Positions 33,487-48,269 of a stretch of 64,000 nt of DNA are shown one piece after another. The notes beneath the pieces were generated by a model that saw nothing but the letters and a program-made list of their open reading frames with translations, was not told the origin of the DNA and ran no database searches. The stretch spans positions 88,536,001 through 88,600,000 of the forward strand of contig NC_043002.1 of NCBI RefSeq assembly GCF_006345805.1. The letters run 5' to 3'. This DNA is from Octopus sinensis (taxonomy: Eukaryota). Position 1 is the stretch's first letter. Each line of letters begins with the position of its first letter. A program made the position numbers and the translations under genes.

Positions 33487-36110
33487 CTAAACTTTGCTCA
33501 GGCTATTCGTATTCTAGTGGTGACACTCTGTGCATCCACCGCCACTACTAACTTGGTCACCCAGGTAGCGGAAACTATCAACTACTTCTAGTTTCTTCCC
33601 CTGGAGTGTGATGGAATCTGTTTTTTGAGTGTCTGTGGTGTCTATTGTCCCTGTGCATCTGCCGCACATGAAAGCTATCTTATCAGTTAATTTCCCTTTG
33701 ATGTTGCTGCACCTCTTATGCGTCCATAGCTTACACTGGGTGCATCTTATGGAGTTTCTACCTACACCTTTCCTACAGCTCGAGCAGGGCCACCTGCCCG
33801 ATGGGGTTTGTGCTGAGTTCGCCTTTCTGCATACTTTGGTCTTCGCTACATTTACTCTAAGGCCCTTAGATTCTAACCCATGGTTCCACACCCGAAATTT
33901 CTTTTTTAGTTCCAGTAGCGATTCTGCTATGAGGGCCAGGTCATCAGCATAGAGGATCTCCCAGGGGCAACCTGTTTTGAATTCCTCTGTTATTGCCTGG
34001 AGGACTATGATGAATAAAAGGGGACTGAGGGCTGAGCCCTGGTGTACACCTACTTCTACCCGGAATTCTTCACTATATTCGTTGCCAATCCTAACCTTGC
34101 TGACAGCCTCTCTGTATAGAGCCTGTACAGCCCTTATAAGCCATTCGTCAATCAACAGATTCCGCATCGACCACCAGATAAGGGATCGGGGAACCCTGTC
34201 AAAGGCTTTCTCCAAGTCCATAAAAGCTATGTAGAGGGGTTTATCTTTAGCTAGGTACTTCTCCTGCAGTTGTCGGACCAGGAATATAGCATCAGTGGTG
34301 CTTCTACCTGGCACAAAACCGAACTGCATCTCATCTAAGCAAATTCTCTCCCTAATGAGATGGGTTATGACCCTCTCTGTGGTCTTCATCACCTGATCCA
34401 ACAGTTTAATACCCCTGTAGTTATTTCTATCTAGAGCATCACCCTTACCCTTGTAGCAGTTGACTATGGTGCTGCTACACCAGTCATTGGGTATGACTCC
34501 ATTGTGAACTACCTGGTTAACAATACGGGTGACTAGGCCATAGCCTGCATAACCAGCTGTTTTAAGCATCTCAGCAGTGATTCCTGATGGGCCGGGGGCT
34601 TTACCCGGTTTCATATCCTTAATTGCTTTATCTACTAGGGAGCCGTCTATTCGGATAGCTGGTCCCTCTACTGGGTCAACATTTGGCAGGCTCTCCTCCT
34701 CCCATTCATTCTCCACATTCAGCAGTCTTTCATAATGGCTTCTCTAAACCTCTTTCTTTTCACCGACATTAAAGGCAAGTGCCCCATCATCCATGCGGAC
34801 ACATTTCTCTCCTGTAACATCACTATTTTCGCTCACACACTGTCTAGCAATACGAAATACCTCAGTTCTTTGGTCCTCACGTCGCTGGACATTGGCAAAC
34901 TTCTTCTTTTCTGCTATATCTTTGGCTATGTATACCTGCCGCCCGGCCTCCCTTTTGGCTACTTGGTACGGTTCCCTGTTACCCCCATCCCTCCAGGCTC
35001 TCCAGGCCTGTTTCTTAGAACTAATGGCTTTGTCTACTGCACTATTCCACCACCACGTAACTCTAGGTCTGGAAGGAACTTTGCCCCATCCACAGACTTG
35101 GTCTGTGGCACTCAGCAAGCTGTCCCGTAGGAATTTCCAGCTACCTTCTATGTCCGACGACTGTAGCTCCTCCTCCCTCTCATCAAATTTCTTGATGAGG
35201 ATGTCCCTAAATCTCTGACCATGTGAAGGGTTCTTTAGCTTCCAAATCCTTCTTTTCTGGATTGGTCTGTTTCTTGGAGTCCTTCTGGCCTCAAGCCTAA
35301 AGTCACTAATTATTAGCCTATGCTGAGGGATACACTCTTCACCCGGGAGGGTCTTTGTATTTAAGAGCGACCCTGCATCCCGCTGTCTGGTGAGGATGAA
35401 GTCTATTTGGCTAGCGGAGTACCCTGACTGATAAGTTATAAGGTGGCAGTCAGGCTTCCTGAAGTTAGTGTTGCAGATTAAAAGGTTACATGCATCACAG
35501 AATTCCAGTAGTCTAGTTCCCTCCTCATTTCTGGTGCCAATACCATGGCCACCGTGAACCCCAGTGAAGATACCCGATTCCCGCCCAACATGCCCATTAA
35601 AGTCTCCACCCACAAAGATGAGGTCCTTGCCACTAGTCTTTGAGGTAGCCTGAAGAAGGGTATCATAAAAGTGGTCCTTCTGATCATTTGGTAGGCCCGC
35701 TTGTGGGGCATAGGCGGAGATAATCGTAGCTGTGCCACTCTGTAGGACTAACCTGAGCTTAAGCACTGTCACAAACCCTGACAACCTCTATGACCTTATC
35801 CACCCATTTCTCCGCAAGGAGAATGCCTACACCCCCTACCCCATCCATGTTACCTTGCCAGAAGACTTTATACCTATGTGCCTTGCTTGTGAGGACCCTG
35901 GCTGAAGCACCTCTCCACCTAACCTCTTGTATGCAGCATACATCAACCCGTCTTCTCTCAAGCATCTCTACAATCTCACTAGACCTACCTTTCAGTGTAC
36001 CAACATTGACAGTACCAACTCTGAAAACTGGGAAGGAGATGTGGGGGGGGGAGGGGTGCAATTTGGCGCCTGAAAAGAAGAGGGTTGTTGTGGTAGCGGT
36101 GATCGATTTT
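33487..36110 (-). pseudogene. RTE LINE ORF: APE endonuclease, RT and PHD-type finger, with a few frameshifts
   Basis: VGTVNVGTL..CCIQEVRW; SAYAPQ; GGDFNGHVG; SQIDFIL; NYRGIKLL; QFGFVPGRSTTDAIF; DLEKAFDRVP; GVHQGSALSPLLF; YADD; resumes the reading of the 31232 fragment. Confidence 0.95.
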
Positions 36111-37030
36111 TAGGCATTTTCATCTGATCTCTCTCTCTTCTGACCTGACAACATTCAAGCATTTAGGCATGTTAAGGTTCTGGCCCCTGTGGTAGGCGGG
36201 GTCAGGTGTTAGCAGCATTGTAAGCACAAGCACTAAAGTCATTGATGGTGTAGATGTAAGCTCTGTGGTAGAAATACTGAAATTCTAGGTGTTAGTAGTA
36301 TTCTAAGCAAGCATTATGGTCATTGAGCGACGTGGTTTAAGCAGTGTAGCAGAAAGATGGATATTCTAGAGATGGGCTGGGGTGGGGGGGTTCTACCAGG
36401 GAGAAGAGAGAGTGAGGGGGATGGGGAGAGGGTGCAGTAATATAGGGGAGCACCAGTGGGGAGGGGTGTTCGGAGAAACGATGACAGGTTCTAGACAAGT
36501 AGAATGTAGGATATCACGAGAGGGGTAATACATGGTGAAATAGCATATTGAAGAGGGGGGTTCGAGGAGTAGACACCCATAATGGTGGTGGGAGAAAGGA
36601 CATCCGGTATAGATGGAGCAAAATATAGAGATATCCGGTATTGGTGGTGGGGGTGGGCAAGGGCGGGTGCACCGCGAATGCGCGAAGTTTGATAGAGTGA
36701 AGACTTGAACGGGCAAATTATCGTAGATAATTATCGTAGGAACATGGAGAAAGGGAGAAATTATCAGCGCATAAAAATGAAGGATAATTTAGGGCGAAGA
36801 ACAGACAAAGTGATATGGAGAAAGGGAGAAATTATCAGCACATAATAATAAAGGGATATTTAGGGGAGACGGTGGAGAAAGGGGGAAATTATCGGCACAT
36901 AATAATGATGAGAGGAATTAGGGAAGACGATGTCAACTGCTTAGCTCACGTAAAGAAACAAGCGTATTAGTATTAGTAAATAGATAATACATGTTTTTAG
37001 TGTTAGCTGCGAATGTAGTACGTGTGGTCA
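36110..37030 (-). mobile_element. Probable 5' UTR of the RTE element with three monomer-like repeats
   Basis: Contiguous with the ORF, CT-rich on the sense strand, ends at a (TA)n tract; 5' boundary uncertain. Confidence 0.5.
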
Positions 37031-37099
37031 AGAAATATATATATATATATATATATATAGATATATATATATATTTATATATATTTATATATATATATT

Positions 37100-37322
37100 T
37101 CAATATGTGACTGCATGTGTATCATTGGCAATTTTCTTTCTCCGTCTTCCCTTCTTTGGACTTTTTCTCTTTTTTTCTATATTTCTGATGATGACGAAGA
37201 TCTCTGCTCAAAACGTGAAATCCTCCTTTTTTTCCTTTCCTGAGCATCCAATAACACTATACTTATTCCACGTCTTCGTGTTGTTGTGTTTTCTCTCTTT
37301 GTTCATGTTAGGATTAACTATA
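37100..37322 (+). repeat. PLE-type terminal repeat with a decayed hammerhead-like motif (37182-37220)
   Basis: TTT CTGATGA ...GCTC AAAA CGT GAAA; flanked by (TA)n. Confidence 0.45.
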
Positions 37323-37406
37323 TATATAAGCATATATATATAAACATAGATATATATGAATATATTTATAATATATATATATATATATATTATATATGTA
37401 TATATA

Positions 37407-37459
<53 letters not shown>

Positions 37460-37463
37460 CATA

Positions 37464-37504
<41 letters not shown>

Positions 37505-37574
37505 TATTCATATATATCTATGTTTATATATATATGCTTATTATATATATCCTTTGTGTCCTGTTTTTCTTTTG

Positions 37575-37630
<56 letters not shown>

Positions 37631-37661
37631 ATATATATATATATATATATATAAACATATA

Positions 37662-37713
<52 letters not shown>

Positions 37714-37745
37714 AACATATATATTTATATATATATATATTTATA
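37322..37745. repeat. (TA)n-rich array
   Basis: Visible. Confidence 0.93.
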
Positions 37746-38179
37746 TATCCATACAAAAAAATTGAGAATATAAATTATACACTATACTATTCTACTGTAG
37801 ATCAAATGCCAGGCATAAATTCTATTGTTTGAACACATCAATACATGCATGTTGTGGATCTGTAATGTATGGAACACTATTGGAACAATGTTGGTAAACA
37901 CTGACAGTATAAAACAAGTTTTTTCTATTCAATGCATCACGGTACTATGAAATATTAAACTGCAGAGCATTGGTGGAGCTTCTATACTTTTACAAAGAGA
38001 GTTTCCATTTATACCATAACCTTTACTGTGTAGAAAGGGTTATGACATAACATACATACCTGAAGAAAGGTAATTATCAACTCATTCATTCATTAATCCA
38101 CCCATTCATTATTACTGCGGAGAAGGAGGGGACTTTCATGTACACACTGTAGTATTTACTAATATCAAAAGATTCTGAA

Positions 38180-38555
38180 GGCAGCAAGCTAGCAAAAATG
38201 GTAGCATGCCAGGCAAAATGCTTAGTGGTATTTTGTCTGTCTTTACGTTCTGAGTTCAAATTCTGCCGGGGTTGACCTTGCCTTTCATCCTTTCAGGGTC
38301 GATTAAATAAGTACCAGTTATGCACTGGGGTCGATATACTCGACTTAATTCGTTTGTCTGTCCTTGTTTGTCCCCTCTGTGTTTAGCCCCTTGTGGGTAA
38401 TAAAGAAATAGGTATTTTATCTGTCTTTATGTTCTGAGTTCAAATTCCACTGAGGTTAACTTTGCCTTTCATCCTTTCAGGGTCGATAAATTAATTACTA
38501 ATTGTGTACTGTGGTTGATCTAATCGTCTGGCCCAGTCCCCAAAAAGTTCAGGCT
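38180..38555 (+). mobile_element. Two tandem SINE family C copies
   Basis: Core CCTTTCATCCTTTCAGGGTCGAT at about 38280 and 38465. Confidence 0.85.
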
Positions 38556-38760
38556 TTATTCAGCCAACATGAGATGTATATCTATAACCAACTAATTTTT
38601 TTCATTGACTTGAAAAGTTCCAACAAATCAGAGCAGGATTATGCATTTCCATCCTCCATATCAACAGTCACCTGCTGATTTACCCATTTTGCACTTCCTA
38701 TCCAATTCCCAAAGTCCTCCACCATCTTCTGTAATATATTATGACCAGATTGCAGTTCCT

Positions 38761-39051
38761 ATTTGTTCCTTCTTGAGCCATGCCTGGCTCATAAGGGCTG
38801 GTTTCCCTGTTTCCTTGGTGTATAGGTTCCCCGCCTGGACAGGACGCCGGTGAGCTGCAAGATGCAGGAGGAAAGAGTGAGAGAAAGTTGTGGCGAAAGC
38901 GTCAGCAGAAGTTTGCCATTACCTTCTGCCGGAGCCGTGTGGAGCTTAGGTGTTTTCGCTCATAAACACACACATCGCCCGGTCTGAGATTCGAACCTGC
39001 GATCCCTCGACCGCGAGTCCGCTGCTCTAACCACTAGGCCATGTGCTTCCA
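38761..39051 (-). mobile_element. tRNA-derived SINE, family B
   Basis: Homologous to 14783-15089. Confidence 0.88.
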
Positions 39052-39392
39052 CAGATTGCAGTTGTACTGCAGGCTCACAAATTTTGATCGTTTGTACAGA
39101 TCAATTTAGTCACTTGCTGATAGTTCAGGTCAATGGTTGTAGTTAATGGCCTCAAATTGAGTGGGTTGCTTTCAAAGCTTCGTCCATCTGTGCACATTAC
39201 TCATGTGAAGGGTGCCATCTTCATAAACAATCTGTAGCCTAGTCTTCTGTATATAGCAAATAGCTTGCACCCTTCTTTTGTCAACAATTTAATGATGGTA
39301 CATTGCTTCTGCTTGGAAACCATTATTTTTGCCTGCGATGAAGAAGAGCAGGAAGAAGAGTTACAATAGTGGAAGAGCTGCTTTACTAACAC

Positions 39393-39423
<31 letters not shown>

Positions 39424-39650
39424 TGTATGTATGTATGTATGTATGTATGTATGCATGTATGTGTGCATGTATGTATGTATGTGTGCATGTATGTATGTAT
39501 GTATGTATGCATGTATGTATGTATGTATGCATGCATGTATGTATGTATGTATTTATGTGTGCATGTATGTATGTATGTATGTATGTATGTATGTATTTAT
39601 GTGTGCATGTATGTATTTATGTGTGCATGTATGTATGTATGTATGTGTGC

Positions 39651-39683
<33 letters not shown>

Positions 39684-39740
39684 GTATGTATGTATGTATG
39701 TATGTATGAATGTATGTATGTATGTATGTATGTGTGCCTG
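39393..39740. repeat. (TATG)n microsatellite
   Basis: Visible; resumes after 41012. Confidence 0.95.
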
Positions 39741-39742
39741 TA

Positions 39743-41012
39743 CGAGGGGCGTTCAATAAGTAATACCCCTGACCCACTTGCAGTTGTTTGATCTAGCTGA
39801 AATTTTGCATGTGCACTTATTTATACCTCTATAGATTAAGTGACGAATTACAGCTCTGAACTAATTGTGGTTTCTGATTTACAGGTGTTTGAACTGAGTC
39901 AAGTGTGAAATGGAGCCTGTTGAGTGTCGAGCAGTGATCTGGTTTTTGTATTTGAAAGGACGCACACCACGGGAGACTTTTGATGAAATGAAAGTAACTT
40001 ATGGTGATGATGCCCCATCATATGACCTTGCAAAACGCTGGTATTGTGAATTCAAACATAGTCAGAACTCTGTGGAAACAGCTCCCAGATCTGGTCGCCC
40101 CCTTCTGCCGTTGATGAGACGTCTATCCGTCAAGTTGAGGCTGCCATTTTGGAAGGTCAACGCATAACTATTCGCCAAATAGCCCATAAGGTCAAGATTA
40201 GTACCGGGTCTGTGGAAACTATCATTCATGACCATTTGCATAAGCAAAAGGTGTCTGTCAGATGGATTTCCAGGTTGCTCACACCTTTCCAGAAGCAAGA
40301 ACGCGTTGAGTGCTAGAGGATGAATTTGGAGATGTGCCAAGAAGATGAGTCAAAATTTTTCAAAAGACTGATCACACAGGATAAAACCTGGGTCCATCAC
40401 TATGATCCATAGACCAAAGCCCAGTCAATGCAGTGAAAGCACCGTGACTCACCTCCTCCAAAGACGGCAAGGGTGCAGCCCTCCGCTGACAAGGTTATGC
40501 TCACAGTCTTCTGAGACCAGGACGGAGTAGTGATGACAGATTTCCTGGCAAAGGGTACCACAATTACAGGAGCCTATTATGCTTCACTTTTGAGGAAATT
40601 AAGAGAAGCTATCAAAATCAAGAGGCGGGGCAAGATCAGCAAAGGCATCCTCCTCCTGCAGGACAACGCTCCGGTCCACAACTCGCGTGTCGCCAGATCA
40701 GAAGCACAGGCGTGCAGCTATGAACTCCTACCCTTGCACCCTCTGATTTTCACTTCTTCCCAGCCATGAAGTTGATTTTGAAAGGAAAGCGTTTCCCAGA
40801 TGATGCAGCCTTGATTTCTGAAGTCACGTCGTGGTTGGAGGACCAAGCTGGGGTCTTCTACAAAAACGGTCTCCAGAGCTGTATCAAACGATGGGAGAAA
40901 TGCATAACTCTGGGAAGTTCCTATGTAGGAAAAGACTAATAACTGTGCCAAGTGTCGTTGCTCTACTGCTATGGGAAGTGGGTCAGGGGCATTACTTATT
41001 GAACGCCCCTCG
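39743..41012 (+). mobile_element. Full-length (1270 bp) defective mariner transposon
   Basis: TA TSDs; about 36-bp TIR CGAGGGGCGTTCAATAAGTAAT(A/G)CCCCTGACCCACT; transposase from 39910 with TQDKTWVHHYDP, LLQDNAPVH, LAPSDFHFF; stops, frameshifts and loss of HPPYSPD. Confidence 0.95.
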
Positions 41013-41280
41013 TATGTATGTACGTATATGTGCATGTATGTACGTTTGTAAGTATTCATGTATGTATTGGTTTGAACAGGACTTATAACTTTCACCTTTT
41101 GTTGCTTATTCAACCAGCTGAATGAGCTGCAAAAACTGAAACATGACGTACCAATCAACCCTCATCGTTATTGTCATCATCATCATCATCACTGACTGTC
41201 TGTCTTACATGCTGACATGAGTTGGACTGTTTGGCAAGATCTAACAAGTTGGTGCATGCATTGAGCTCCAGTGTCTGTTC

Positions 41281-41712
41281 TAGGATTTTTTCAGTTTAAA
41301 CGGCAGTTTTTTCTAGCGGTGTCATAAGAAATTGTCACCCATAATTATGACCCTAGAATCGATCTATTGCATTTCAATCTGTTTTAGGGTCAGGGTTAGT
41401 TAGGGTTATGGGGTGGGGGAAAGGGTATTTCTTTTTCTTCACAAATGTAAATAAACCCAATCTGTTTCTTAAACGAGGGACATATTCATACAGCACAGAA
41501 TGTTTTTTACCTCAATGGACGTCATTGATTGGTTGAAATTGCAGAAATTGAAGAAAAAAACAACAAATATCTTAAAAACTATAGAATTTCCTCAATAAAG
41601 CCAAGAGAAAAAGATGTTTTATAAACACATTCTACCAGTATACGAAGTTTAAAATTTTTTAGTTACCTAGAAATTATGTTAAAAACTGCCGTTCAAACCG
41701 AAAAAATCCCTG
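41281..41712. mobile_element. About 430-bp MITE, superfamily uncertain
   Basis: AGGATTTTTTCAGTTTAAACGGCAGTTTTT / AAAAACTGCCGTTCAAACCGAAAAAATCCCT terminal inverted repeats; internal TTAGGG-like tract; no clear TSD. Confidence 0.75.
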
Positions 41713-42370
41713 TTCTAACATGGTTTCTCTGGATGAATGCCCTTCCTTACACCAACTACTTTTACAGAGTGTGTAGGACACTCTTTTCATGGTAATTAGA
41801 GTAAGTAATACTAGCGAGGTCAGTAAGTCACTGAGTAGGAGTGTAGTAGAGAGGTAGGTAGATGACTTTGCTGAAAAGTTCTTGTGTTCTTTATAATTTA
41901 ACTTAACAACCTTAACATTAACATAAGCACACACCCAACATCCACCAAAACACACGCACACACACACATCCGCACTCTTACGCATATCACACATGTGTGT
42001 GAAGAGAGTGAGAAAGAGACAAATACAGACAAACAGGTAGAGAGAGAGAGAGTCAGACAGACAAAGAAACAAGTACAGAGATAAAGAGATAGATATAGGG
42101 TGTTCAGGCTAAAAATGATGTTTCTATGTCTCCTATTGTTAAGAACTGTTTGAGGGATTGATGAACAGTCAACAGTCAAAAATAGAAAAAAAGAATTATC
42201 AATAGGGATCGTGTATCACAGTGTCATGATGTAAAGTGAAAAGGTGAAGCAGATAAGGTTTATCCGTGGGAAGAAAAGCCTACGGAAAAGACCACAGTAA
42301 CCTCGGTCAATAATGTTACATGTTACCACATTTGTTTGCAAGTAGGTAACCCTCTGTTTTAAATTTTCCG

Positions 42371-42374
<4 letters not shown>

Positions 42375-42469
<95 letters not shown>

Positions 42470-42472
42470 CAG
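42375..42472. repeat. (GATA)n microsatellite
   Basis: Visible. Confidence 0.95.
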
Positions 42473-42559
42473 ATGTAGGTATCACACACACACTCAGCCA
42501 CACCTATATAACTATTTGCCTAAACCATTCCAGTATGGAACATAGATGAGGATGATGAT

Positions 42560-43600
42560 TAGATAGCGCTGACAGCTACGTTGTCAGTATGGTTCTTTCA
42601 CTGAGCCAAATGATGCCTGCAGATTGGGGAACACTATTTCCAGATTGGGGAACACTGTTTGCAAGAGATCGAAAGGGTTGTCTACAGTGTTGCACAGTTC
42701 AGAGATGGATATGTCACCCCTATCATTCCTAGGGACCTTGCCTTCTCCAAGGGCTAAAATGTCTTCAGCAAATGCTGCAGACGTTCTATCACCAAGCAAG
42801 TGCGCACGCATGTTTGTGCTTAGGCTTAAGGTCTTAACCTGGAGCCACAACGTGGATGACTTAAGGCAAGCACGCACTTCATCAAACCTTTAGGGATGAC
42901 AGGAAGGGTTTGCCGGAAATCTCCTGAAAGCAATAGAGTTACACCACCCTTAGAAGCTGTAGAATCCTTGGTACCTTTCAGTGACCGGTCCAATGCTTCA
43001 AAGGCACCCTTATTGGTCATTGTGCATTCGTCCCATACAATGAGACGGCACTGTCTAAGAACTTCAGCTTCCTCTGAATTTTTGCCAATGTTGCAAGTAG
43101 GAACCTCAGCCCTCACCAAATATAAAGGCAGTTTGAATGCCGAGTGCGCTGTCCTACCCCCTGGTAATAACGTAGCAGCGATTCCTGAGGAAGCAACGGC
43201 TAGCGCAATTTGTTTCTTGCGACGAATCTTAGCAAGTATTAATGGTGTTACAAAGGATTTGCCAGTACCTCTAGCAGCATCGAGGAAAAAAATGCCGCCC
43301 ACCTGTTTTTCAACGGCACTGACGACAGTTTCATACACCAGCCTCTAATCAGGGAGTAATTTCGGTTCATTTATTCTCAGGTACTCCGCAAGGCCATCAG
43401 CGTCATACAACAACTCCGAAAGTAACTTTGGTGGGGGTGTGTTAACGTCCTGTCGCAATTAGGATGGCAGACCGAATGTGTTCAACGCTTCCCCACCCAT
43501 TTTGAGCAGGGCATCCTCGATTTCAATCAGCGCATTATTGTAGATCAGGTCATTGTATCCAATGTCAGCATTAGGGTACTGTTGCTTTGCCAGTCATCAT
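42560..43600 (-). pseudogene. Helitron PIF1-type helicase fragment
   Basis: FFLDAARGTGKSF (Walker A), AVASSGIAATLLPGGRTAHSAFKLP, LIVWDECTM, LLSGDFRQTLPVIP, NMRAHL. Confidence 0.93.
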
Positions 43601-45547
43601 TTGCCTTGACCACCGAGAAAGCAAAATTACGTACAGAGAATTTCATAAACAGAAATGAATGGGCAAACGATTTTAGATTAAATTTTTAGATTGACACTTA
43701 CACGATTTTCGCTAAGAAACAAAAATCGGATTTTTTGCGTGGGATCAACTACCCTGGCCTCCCAATATGCTACAAAACCCTTTTTGTGGTCCGAAAAACA
43801 GGGCGGGGTGGGGTGGAAGCCTCGGAAATTTCACTCCCCATAACCATTGATCTTTCACCATCTATTTTTCAATGTACGTTGAAAAATACGGAGATTAAGA
43901 ATATGGAAAACATTTTTTAAAATCTCAAATTTACCATGAAAACTCCAGGCAAATTTCTAGATAACACTCGCACGATTTTCACTAAGAAAAAAAAAGTCGG
44001 ATTTTTTGCGTGGAATCAACTACCCCGGCCTCCTAAATTTTATTCATTTACATTGTGTAATTCACTGACAAATTATTACCTACCTCTTTGTTTCTATGTT
44101 GTTAAATAAATGGATTTTCAGCGCACAAACAAGCACAAACGCAGTGTGAATAACGGACAGAGTCAAAACTATTGAAAAGGTTGCAAAACGCAACGAAAAT
44201 TTTAGAAAAGTAAAAAAGAAATAAGCGGAAATTTTAACGGTGAATGTGTTAAATTATAAGGCACTAAAAGAGAATGACTCTCCCCAGACACAACAGAATA
44301 TGCTTCAACACACGAACTCACATAAAGAATCTTGCAAACCAAATCCAAAAACGAAATGTATATATATAATAGAGATGTGTGCGTATTCACTTTTCATGCG
44401 AAAATGGTTTCACCAATTACTTCCGGACTTGTGATGCATTTTACCTCTGACACATAATAGAGCCTTCATTTGATTTTTTATTAAAAATTTTTTTAAATGA
44501 AAAAATTGCTTTTTATATTACATTTATGTCATTCATAGATTTTTTTAATATTGACTTCCAGTTTTCTAGCGTCAGTGACGTAATATATCTCTTAATGTAC
44601 ATCTCTCTATCCATCTCTCTCGATCTATCTCTATCTCTCTATCTATATCGCTTGTTTTCACTTTCATTTTTCAGACGCTGTTCTTTTCACTTTCAATTTT
44701 TATACGCTATTGTTTAACCTTCATGTTACTGTTTTCACTGTAAGTTTAAGTTTTGAATCGCTATTTACAAACAACAACAAATTACTGACAGAAAGAAGTC
44801 CACAATTACTGACGTAAGTAATTTCATAATTTACTGACAGAAGTATCTTTATAAATTTTACTTCAATCCGTACGGTCTTGTGCTTTTCTGTTGTTGACAG
44901 TTTCTTTCTGGTTCCTTCGATACTGGCTCTTTGGTTCAGTGAGTGACAAATTTCGCTTCAACCCGTACAATACATTATATCCCCTTAAAATTTCTTATTT
45001 ACTTTCTGCCTGTCGTATAAAGAAACATAATTTCCGTTACCAAGTTATTTTCATTGTTTATTATCTTCTGCACTCGTGTATTTCTGTATAAATATATAAC
45101 CATGCGTAGAAGTAAAGTGTCAAACTTAGCATAACTACAGATTTCTGCGCCCCGCCCCCAAACAAAGTTTGATGATCATAACTTTCAGATAAATGAGTTT
45201 ACTTCAATTCGTCTTAACTTTCAAGAAAATGGATACTTTTTAATGAAATTCTCTGCAAATATAGCTTGGAATATTATAAGATTACATTCACTTCTTTAAA
45301 AAGGTTTCTCAATCTCAACTTCCGGTATTGACATAAAAATGACGAAGCCTGTCCCTATCTAATTTTAATGTTTTCATTTCAAGTTTTAATTTGCTATTTG
45401 TAAACAACTATGATAAATTACTGAAAGAAATATTTACTAAGTTCACAAATTTAAATATTCAGTACAAGATACTTTTCAACTTGCTTTTATTTATACGATT
45501 TTTTCATTCCATGTCCATCCCATTCATCGTTTGCAATGTTCTCTCTC

Positions 45548-45677
<130 letters not shown>

Positions 45678-46010
45678 TCACTCCAGGTTTGATTTCTTTA
45701 TTACACAAATATCACGTTCAAATTTTGCAATTCAACAGGCAGCGATAAAAATATATGGGCATTATTTTGCTGGAACTTGCACACACCGTTACTTTACGTA
45801 AAATTATTTTATTTATTTTCTTTTTCACACCGTGTTCAGCTCTATGTATTTCTAGTCAGTCACACACACGCACACGTGTTTTTGTATGTACGTTTGTATA
45901 CATTCATGTACGGTGTGTGTGTGTGTGTCTGTGTGTGAGTGAGTGAACGGGTGTGTTGTTATGCATTCGTACATACATAAATACATATGAATACATCTTT
46001 TTTGTATGTA

Positions 46011-46042
<32 letters not shown>

Positions 46043-46087
46043 TGATGTCAAAGTGGCACACTCTCTCTGAGTGATGTCTAAGTGGCA

Positions 46088-46133
<46 letters not shown>

Positions 46134-46289
46134 TACAGACAAACATACAAGAAAGATGTATGCCTATTTATGTATGTATATATGACAACACACCCCTTCA
46201 CTTTCTCTCTCTCTCTCTCTTTCACACACACACGTCCATTTCATCTGATGATTGATATTGTATCTATATGTGTGTGTGTGTGTGCGCGT

Positions 46290-47942
<1,653 letters not shown>

Positions 47943-48269
47943 TATGTATGTATATATATATGCAGGTACATATGTGAGATAGTAGTCTCATTTTAATAGT
48001 TTCAGTATTAATAGTAAAACTATTAAACTAAAATTATCTCACATTACAATAGAGATGTTATGGTTTCACTTTTGACATGTAATACTGACATAGTGTAAGA
48101 GACAAGAGATTACTCTGGACTCGCATTAAGCAAGAAGTTGAACATTTTTTGGCCCATGAAACTGCGTGAACCCTAAGTAATGCATGTGTAAAATTTGAAT
48201 GAAACCGGTTGGGTAGTTCTCAAGTATTAGAGATGCACACACACACACATTCTCAGTTTTATATATATA

